A stretch of 11,808 bases of DNA, from positions 1-11,808 of the forward strand of contig JALGVI010000093.1 of NCBI GenBank assembly GCA_029838215.1. Reading direction: 5' to 3'. Source of the DNA: Candidatus Helarchaeota archaeon (lineage in GTDB: Archaea; Asgardarchaeota; Lokiarchaeia; Helarchaeales; RDOG01). Both the position numbers and the translations under genes were made by a program. The notes below the pieces were generated by a model. That model saw only the letters and a program-made list of their open reading frames with translations, did not search any database and was not told where the DNA came from. Positions 1-6,337 of this stretch are shown piece by piece. Position 1 is the first letter of the stretch; every line of letters starts with the position of its first letter.

Positions 1-335
1 CGGACTGATTTTTTAGGAATTGTCTTTTTCCTATTACCTATGAGTCCCTTGCTTTTAATGAACGTGTAAAAAAATTCCCCGGGTTCTCGTCCTTCTCGAA
101 TCACTTCATGCTTGTAATGGGGGAGATTTTTGAGAATTTTTAATTTTCCAGCCCAGTTCGCAGCGACATAACGATGGTAAAGGCGGGATTTTTTTCCCGC
201 CCATATCCATATTTTCTTCACGCCCTTGTCGATTATTAAATAAACTTCCGTGGTTTCAAAGAGGTTTTCAGGTCGGGGCACTATTGATTCTCCGCTTATC
301 CGATAGATGTATTCATCATCGCTGTCCACGCTCAT
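1..335 (-). CDS. Gelsolin-like domain protein (Asgard gelsolin family); C-terminus truncated by window edge; not in supplied ORF track
   Basis: Manual translation from ATG at 335 (in-frame GTG at 353 also possible) is open to the edge for 111 codons: MSVDSDDEYIYRISGESIVPRPENLFETTEVYLIIDKGVKKIWIWAGKKSRLYHRYVAANWAGKLKILKNLPHYKHEVIREGREPGEFFYTFIKSKGLIGNRKKTIPKKSV. It matches the gelsolin repeat pattern L-x3-[DE]-VYLID...IWIW-x-G-x2-S...AA-x2-A...[VI]-x-EG-x-EP-x2-F. Starts 25 nt after the CheW-CheC stop, same strand. Confidence 0.85.
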   Translation of the reverse strand, partial: MSVDSDDEYIYRISGESIVPRPENLFETTEVYLIIDKGVKKIWIWAGKKSRLYHRYVAANWAGKLKILKNLPHYKHEVIREGREPGEFFYTFIKSKGLIGNRKKTIPKKSV

Positions 336-360
336 GTGCACTCGACCACTCACGTATATT

Positions 361-1683
361 TTATTCTTCTTCGTAGAATCGTGCCAATTCTTCAAGTAAT
401 ACTTCGAGCGTTTCCGTGTCCGGTATAAACAAGAAGAAACCTTCGATTTCTTTTTCTTTAATTATCACCTTGGTAGTAATGACCAGAGAGAGATCTTGGA
501 GGAGTTTTATTTCATCTTTGAGAATGTGAAATAGCCTTTTTGGTGTTTCGATGTTAATATCAGGAGGTTCTGTCATTAACATGAATCCCAATAGATTTCC
601 TATTGCACTGGTATAATGACTTCCCAAAATGTTTCCTACTTCACTCATTGCACTTAAATGCAGTTCTGGAATGTCGCCGGTGGACTTAATGCTTTTAGGA
701 GCTATTTTTTCAGAGTCGCCAAGAAGAATTGTGACTAACGTGAGAAAATCTTGAATTCTGAAAAATACCAGAACCGTTGCTCGTGTCTTGCCCGTGACGT
801 GACTCCACGAAATGAACATTTTTTCATTCTTTTTTGTAAGACGCTTGCTGAATTCATTTATTTCAAGCATCTCTACTGAGGGTATGTTAATATCAACCCT
901 TTGATTTATCATTTTGGCAAGGGCATTTGCTGCATTTCCAGCACCGATGTTTCCGATTTCCCTCAAGGCATCCTTTTGAATCTCTGATAATTTGATTTGT
1001 TGCAATTCTCTTGCATCTTGTTCCAGTTTGGTAACAACTTTTTGGACTTTTCTACTTGTTTCCTTCTTTCTGCTTGAAGATGACGTGGGTTTGGACTTTT
1101 CTGGTGGGGATGCTCGTTGCTTTGATTTTGATTTTCCACTTTCTGCTCGCGACTTTACTTCGGGGCGGTACTCTGGCACGTTTGGAACCAATTCTGGAAT
1201 CATTGGTTCGGTATTTTCGCCAGCAACGTTCATGGATGTTATCAAGGATTCTAAATCTAAGAGAATGTAGGTTTCATCATTTAAAACGGCGATGGATTTT
1301 ATGTAATTCCAGTCAATGTCTGTTTCGATAATTGCATCTTTTTCGCCAAACAAGGAAACCGGGAGTTCTCGGACACCAATTACGGAATCCACGAGCAATC
1401 CAATATTTATGCCCTCAAATTTTAAAAGAAGAATCGGTAATCCATCTATGTCCACTTGAGTTTCTTTGACTTCGCTAATTTTGTGTTTTAATGAAATTAT
1501 TGTATAGATTTCATTTCTAATTTCAATGATTCCAACTAAATATTTCTCCGACAATGGTATGTGAATTATTTCATTTTTTGGAATGTATATTTCTGTTATG
1601 TCTTTTATTTCAAATAGATACTTTTCATTTCCGACTTGAATCATTATCACGTTCAAAGTATCAACCGTCTTGCTTTCCATCAA
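361..1683 (-). CDS. cheC: CheW-CheC fusion protein (CheW-like aa ~9-150, K/S/P-rich linker aa ~151-230, CheC phosphatase aa ~231-440)
   Basis: C-terminal half has both CheC catalytic motifs: D238-x3-E242-x2-N245...P268 (DALREIGNIGAGNA) and S344-x3-E348-x2-N351...P374 (SAMSEVGNILG). N-terminal half has CheW hallmarks (IHIPLSEKYLVGIIEIRNEI, IGLLVDSVIGV, YILLDLESLI). Start may be TTG 1683 or ATG 1680; SD-like GGAGATG at 1696-1690. Confidence 0.9.
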   Translation of the reverse strand: MMESKTVDTLNVIMIQVGNEKYLFEIKDITEIYIPKNEIIHIPLSEKYLVGIIEIRNEIYTIISLKHKISEVKETQVDIDGLPILLLKFEGINIGLLVDSVIGVRELPVSLFGEKDAIIETDIDWNYIKSIAVLNDETYILLDLESLITSMNVAGENTEPMIPELVPNVPEYRPEVKSRAESGKSKSKQRASPPEKSKPTSSSSRKKETSRKVQKVVTKLEQDARELQQIKLSEIQKDALREIGNIGAGNAANALAKMINQRVDINIPSVEMLEINEFSKRLTKKNEKMFISWSHVTGKTRATVLVFFRIQDFLTLVTILLGDSEKIAPKSIKSTGDIPELHLSAMSEVGNILGSHYTSAIGNLLGFMLMTEPPDINIETPKRLFHILKDEIKLLQDLSLVITTKVIIKEKEIEGFFLFIPDTETLEVLLEELARFYEEE

Positions 1684-1717
1684 CTTTTACATCTCCAATA
1701 AATTTTCATGAAATTCA

Positions 1718-2596
1718 TTAAACAACACTCTTTGTGATAATACCTCGCCAAATGGGTTCAATTCCTGGTTTTTCTTTTTCCGATTCTGAAAAAAATTCGG
1801 GCTGTCGATATACGATGATTCGACCACCTTCTGAGTTTTTATAAACAAATTCTAGAAAGTCGTACATTCCATTGAAATTAAAGGCCGCCACGGCAAGGTC
1901 ATTATCATTTACGATCAAGAGATCTTCATGATTGAATGGTCTATCGTGATCAATCCACTCCAGCCATAGCTCCGGCTCCAAGAGGTTTCCATTTATTGTT
2001 AATTCTTGATTGAGTGGGATGTTTCTGTAGGTCTTGTGTGCGGCCAACACGATCTTGTCCGGTTTAAGCGAATAACTTTTTGTAAAATGACCCAGACTCG
2101 TGATTAATTTTTTAAATTCATTTAATTCTAAAATGCCAAAACACGAAACCAATACCGTTGAGCCATCCTTATTTTCAATGATAAAATCAACGATATTGTC
2201 CTGTTCTGCAGATTCGTTGACAAAAATGCTACCGATATCCCAATACCTGCTGATCTTCAAGTATTGATAAAAACGCCATCTAACGGCGAGTCGGGTGTTT
2301 TCTTCCCTACTGATGAACAGCTTGTATATCTGCTGGAGTTTTCTTTCGGTTAAATATGAAAATTCGGCCTTTTGTGTATCATCGAAGTTGAGTGGAATGA
2401 ATCCCTTGATGCCTTTTCCTGTTTTTTTCTTGGTTTCGGATTTTTGACTGGATTTTCCCTTTGATTTACCAGAACTGATGTTCTCTAACAAGATGGGAAG
2501 ATCTGCTTTAGTCAAATGGGGTTGAATTTGTTCAATGAGGTAAGCCAATCGCTCGCGTGATTTGTCAAGAAGAGTATCAAAAAATTGAAAGTTCAT
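1718..2596 (-). CDS. Hypothetical protein with probable degenerate PD-(D/E)XK (restriction-endonuclease-like) fold
   Basis: 292-aa ORF tightly packed in the operon (gaps 25 and 34 nt). Segment IVDFIIENKDGSTVLVSCF...KPDKIVLAAH resembles the D-x-[IV]...[ILV]-E-x-K core, but E-x-K reads S-C-F. K/S/G-rich linker at aa 41-62. Confidence 0.55.
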   Translation of the reverse strand: MNFQFFDTLLDKSRERLAYLIEQIQPHLTKADLPILLENISSGKSKGKSSQKSETKKKTGKGIKGFIPLNFDDTQKAEFSYLTERKLQQIYKLFISREENTRLAVRWRFYQYLKISRYWDIGSIFVNESAEQDNIVDFIIENKDGSTVLVSCFGILELNEFKKLITSLGHFTKSYSLKPDKIVLAAHKTYRNIPLNQELTINGNLLEPELWLEWIDHDRPFNHEDLLIVNDNDLAVAAFNFNGMYDFLEFVYKNSEGGRIIVYRQPEFFSESEKEKPGIEPIWRGIITKSVV

Positions 2597-2621
2597 GCTT
2601 CACACATCCGTTTATCAATCC

Positions 2622-5600
2622 TCAACTTATCATGTATGATTCTAATTCTGCGAAACTTGTTTCTTCGCGTCCTTTACTTTGTATATAATAACGAATTTCC
2701 TTCTCTTCGTATGGAGGGAGTGCTTGGATGTTAAAGGAGATACTCAAGGCGTTCTCTTCTTTATCCTCTGAAGTTGAATATTTCAGGTTTGAAGAAACAA
2801 TTTCAAAATTTTTAGGCAACGAATCCGTGATGTTTACATCTTTCACGTCAATATTTGACTTGTTGTTAACCAATATGCTTATGGCAAATTCGTTGACGGA
2901 TCTGCCTGGGAAGATTTCCTTGCTGATTTCGATGGAACGTCTCTTGTGTATTATCATTAATTCGGGTTCTTCCTCTTGAGACAATTCGTGCTTGACCGTG
3001 ATGAAACCATCTATGACCATTCCATCACGAGATTCAGGGTAATATGAATTAATCTTGAGTGGAAAATGATATTTCTTTTTATAATCGGGTTTTATTGCCT
3101 TTATTGGATACTTGATTTCAATGCTTTCATTTGCTTTCAAGAAAAGGTCCGGATCCAATTTTTTAAGATTCAAGAGAATTTCAACTCGGTGTTCAATCGT
3201 GGGATCATCATCAGGTGGAGATACCCTGAGCTCAAAATTCTTTGTATAAGGAAGACCCGTTGAAAGCCGAATCTGGTATTGTGAAGGATCTAGGACAGGA
3301 GCAAAATCAATAGGTAAGGTTTCTTCGATTATTAGACCCGCCAAAGTGGCAGAACCAACATTTTTCACCATTACAGAATTACCGATTTCTGCTTCTTCAA
3401 AAGAATTAATTTCCGTTTTTAAGAATTTTTTCTCTAATTGAAAATCTACAATATCAAAAACATCTTCGCCAATCATCGAATTTATGATAGACCGTTTCTT
3501 AATTTCGTGCGTGATTGTATAATTCAACTTGCGAAGAAACCTCGGTTCGCTTTCATCCTCAACTTCCCATGAATCTGTTGCGAAATTCTCGCCCGGCAAA
3601 AGGATTTTTCTTTTATTCTGGTCCGTGAAATCGACGTCAAGGTATGTTTGAGTTTTGGATTTATTTAAGACTGTTATTCTTTTTAATTCCATGTTAAATT
3701 CGCTATTATTCTTGAAATTTAAGGAACATTCCCATTTATTTGGTTCTGTTTCCTTTTCTTTTTTCTTTATGGCATGTCTAACATGTGAAAAGGCAGAGCA
3801 TTGCTCAATTTTCGTGCCCGATAACGTGTCATTCTTTAGGATGCACGAAAGTTCAATCTCTCCTGTACCAATAAGTTCTTTCTTCTTGGGAAATACTTTA
3901 ACGAAAATGTTGAGTTGCTTTTCTTCATTAGGTCTTATGGCAGGAATCGACCAAATTACTCTTTCAGATTCATATTTAAAATCTAAATTATATCCTGAAT
4001 TACCCTCAAATTCATAAAACTCTTTTGAAAAATGTTTCGATAGTGTGACTTCTTCGATCATTGAAGCAGACCGATTCTTCAGTATTATGGTGTATTTTAA
4101 AAGATTTTCCCTGTTAAAAATGAGTATATTTTTAGTCTTAGGAATTTTTCCAGATGCTCTCTTAGCTTCTTCCTCTTCCCGTGCTTTCTTGATATCGTCA
4201 TCGATCTTGATGAGATTTTTTATTCTAAACACATAATCTGTCAGACCTGCATCTTTAGGAACTTGCTTGATTAATTTTTTATTAGAAACAAGAAGCTCAA
4301 TTAATGACATGTACCACTTTTCGATTTCGGCATTATACCGTTCAATTTTTTCTAGCCATTCTTCGATGGCTTGAGCTCGTGTATTAGCATTCAATTTCTG
4401 AAGTTTCTCCAAGCTTTCCGTTAATTCCCCTTCTGGATTTTTAATTTTTCCTGAGAAATACTTTGTCAAGATGGTCTTGTACCAATTTACATGATTGATG
4501 ATCATGCTATCTTTTGGAATGGCATCTTCTCGTGCGTATCGTAATTTTGACTCGACTTTTACGGCTTTTTTAAGGGATTCTTCTTTTTGTTTCCGTAATT
4601 CTTCTTCCTTTTTCTGTAAGAGTTCTTTTTCTTTTCGTAACTCTTCTTCTTTTTTGTAAATTTCCTTCTCTTTTTCCTTTATTTCTGTTTCTTGCTTATC
4701 CAACTTTTCTTTTTGTTTTGATAGCGTTTCTTTGAGTTTTTGTAAACCGCCTTCTATCTTTTGAATTTCTTTTTGTTTCTTGAGTCCCTTTTGTCTGCTC
4801 ATTTCTTCCTGTTTGAATATGGCATCTTTTTGAATTTTTAACGTATTTTTCAGTTCACGAATCTTTTGGTCCCGTTCTTTGACTTCTTTTTCCGACTTCA
4901 TTATATTTTGATTTATATCTTTGATTTCTGCATTTATTTTTTCAATTCTATCCTGAATGTTTTTTACTGCATCTTTGAGCTTTTTATTCTTCTCATCTTC
5001 TTCAAGTTCTTGATTCTTCTGTTTCAAAAGTTGTTTTTCCTGCTTTAATGCCTGTTCTTTCTGTTTCCTTACATCTTTCTGTTTTATGATCTCCGACTTG
5101 ACCTGATCACGTTTTTCTTCTTTTTTCTGTATCTCTTTTTCTTGTATTGCAAATTCTTCTCGTTTTTTCAATCCTTCTTTCTTGATTTTTTCATCTTGTT
5201 CGCGAATACTTTTTTGATTTTTGAGCTCACGTTCCCTTCTTTCCTCTTCTTGTTCGATTGCTTCTTCCTGATTTTTAATTTTTTCCAAAGCCTTCCTGGC
5301 TTTTTCTTTCTGAATCAAGAGTTTCTCTTTTTGTTTTCGCAAGGTATCTTCATTTTTACGGACTTTATCCATTTGGTTTAAAAATTCTTCTTCTTCAGGA
5401 GTAAGAGATGATTTTTTGGATGATTTTTTCTTTATGGCGAGAATTTTTAAAGGACGTAAGGCGCTATCCCCTGAAACTTGTTCTGAAACGACCTTAGTTT
5501 CCTCTAAATCAAATATAGCGTGTTTTATTATGAGCTTAAGGAGCTCACCCCTACTATTTAACTCTATTTTATCATATTCTTGGATGAGCTCGTTAATAAC

Positions 5601-6284
5601 ACCTGTTACTTTTGTGGTATTTGTCTTTAAACCTCGTTGAACCATCTTTTTCTCTTGAACGGTTAGAGACTCAATTTTTTCCACTTTTTCTCTTGCAGGA
5701 GAATTAGTTAATTTGAAAATTTGATCTATGGCTGTTTGGAATCCCGGTTCCAAAATCCACTTTCTAGCTTTCTCTCTCCAGTCTAATTTCTGCTTTTCGG
5801 GTTCCCTGAATAGATCCTCCTGACTGATATAATCAAATTCTCGATTTAGAAATTCTATTTTTTCCGAAACCGAGATTGGATCTTGCAAGTCCTCTGTTTT
5901 AACCAAATTATAATCCAAATTCTTACTCGTGTTTGGCTCCAAGTTGCCAATTTTTACATTTTCGCCCAATTTTAAATCAACGTTTTCATTTCCCGTGAAA
6001 GTGATGTTGGTATCCCAAATGCGATCTTTTCTTGACCCATTTACGATCCGAATAAAACCCGTTCCTTTAATTTCGGATTTCTTTCCATCTTTGTAATGCT
6101 TGAAATTAATTGCTTCTTCAACAAACAGTTGTAGGTTCGTGGATTTTTCGATGATTTCGGATGTTTTAAATTGTTCCACCGAAACCTTTTCATCCATTTT
6201 AACTGAAGTTTTGAGAGGCATTCCTAAAATATTAGGAGAAAGACTTAATTCCAATTCTTCATGATTGATACGCTTGAAACCCAT
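2622..6284 (-). CDS. Large modular protein: split mu-homology-domain-like beta-sandwich, central long coiled coil, C-terminal Ig/DUF11-like beta-sandwich domains
   Basis: 1220-aa ORF with SD GGAGTGA 6 nt upstream. aa ~49-147 and ~717-835 align by eye, in order, to the two parts of the adaptin mu C-terminal domain (LFVEEAIN..DG......G; EP....LDYNL....P.SV; LKYTIILK; SERVIWSI....EEKQL; TLSGTKI). aa ~298-582 is K/E/Q-rich coiled coil. aa ~946-1205 carries KNVGSATLAGLIIEETLP and NKSNIDVKDVNITDSLP strand motifs. CDS is certain; fold assignment is moderate. Confidence 0.65.
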   Translation of the reverse strand: MGFKRINHEELELSLSPNILGMPLKTSVKMDEKVSVEQFKTSEIIEKSTNLQLFVEEAINFKHYKDGKKSEIKGTGFIRIVNGSRKDRIWDTNITFTGNENVDLKLGENVKIGNLEPNTSKNLDYNLVKTEDLQDPISVSEKIEFLNREFDYISQEDLFREPEKQKLDWREKARKWILEPGFQTAIDQIFKLTNSPAREKVEKIESLTVQEKKMVQRGLKTNTTKVTGVINELIQEYDKIELNSRGELLKLIIKHAIFDLEETKVVSEQVSGDSALRPLKILAIKKKSSKKSSLTPEEEEFLNQMDKVRKNEDTLRKQKEKLLIQKEKARKALEKIKNQEEAIEQEEERRERELKNQKSIREQDEKIKKEGLKKREEFAIQEKEIQKKEEKRDQVKSEIIKQKDVRKQKEQALKQEKQLLKQKNQELEEDEKNKKLKDAVKNIQDRIEKINAEIKDINQNIMKSEKEVKERDQKIRELKNTLKIQKDAIFKQEEMSRQKGLKKQKEIQKIEGGLQKLKETLSKQKEKLDKQETEIKEKEKEIYKKEEELRKEKELLQKKEEELRKQKEESLKKAVKVESKLRYAREDAIPKDSMIINHVNWYKTILTKYFSGKIKNPEGELTESLEKLQKLNANTRAQAIEEWLEKIERYNAEIEKWYMSLIELLVSNKKLIKQVPKDAGLTDYVFRIKNLIKIDDDIKKAREEEEAKRASGKIPKTKNILIFNRENLLKYTIILKNRSASMIEEVTLSKHFSKEFYEFEGNSGYNLDFKYESERVIWSIPAIRPNEEKQLNIFVKVFPKKKELIGTGEIELSCILKNDTLSGTKIEQCSAFSHVRHAIKKKEKETEPNKWECSLNFKNNSEFNMELKRITVLNKSKTQTYLDVDFTDQNKRKILLPGENFATDSWEVEDESEPRFLRKLNYTITHEIKKRSIINSMIGEDVFDIVDFQLEKKFLKTEINSFEEAEIGNSVMVKNVGSATLAGLIIEETLPIDFAPVLDPSQYQIRLSTGLPYTKNFELRVSPPDDDPTIEHRVEILLNLKKLDPDLFLKANESIEIKYPIKAIKPDYKKKYHFPLKINSYYPESRDGMVIDGFITVKHELSQEEEPELMIIHKRRSIEISKEIFPGRSVNEFAISILVNNKSNIDVKDVNITDSLPKNFEIVSSNLKYSTSEDKEENALSISFNIQALPPYEEKEIRYYIQSKGREETSFAELESYMIS
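4581..4655 (-). repeat. Imperfect 42-nt (14-aa) tandem duplication in the coiled coil (KKEEELRK twice)
   Basis: aa 544-551 and 558-565 are identical (KKEEELRK). The DNA copies differ at synonymous sites. The period equals two heptads. Confidence 0.75.
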
Positions 6285-6290
6285 CCTGCT

Positions 6291-6297
6291 TCACTCC
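6291..6297 (-). promoter_or_regulatory. Shine-Dalgarno site (GGAGTGA) of the 1220-aa gene
   Basis: Near-consensus archaeal SD (GGAGGTGA) 6 nt upstream of the ATG at 6284. Confidence 0.7.
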
Positions 6298-6337
6298 ATC
6301 GAATTTACTCATAATTTTTTTACCTTCAATAGATTGC

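Noticed and set aside
1-360. Expected cheD downstream of cheC
   Set aside because: Translation shows no CheD motifs; the only long frame gives a gelsolin-like sequence.
1-360. Slightly higher GC (about 42 percent by hand count versus about 37 percent in the next 360 nt) as a sign of foreign origin
   Set aside because: The difference is small for so short a segment, and no mobile-element boundary is visible.
1718-2596. Active restriction or defence nuclease
   Set aside because: The E-x-K catalytic motif is absent and there is no methylase or other defence gene nearby.
2622-6284. SMC/Rad50, myosin-like or CheF assignment for the 1220-aa protein
   Set aside because: No Walker A/B, ABC signature, hinge or zinc-hook CxxC is visible. 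Any such similarity would come from low-complexity coiled coil. No CheF-like motif was recognised.
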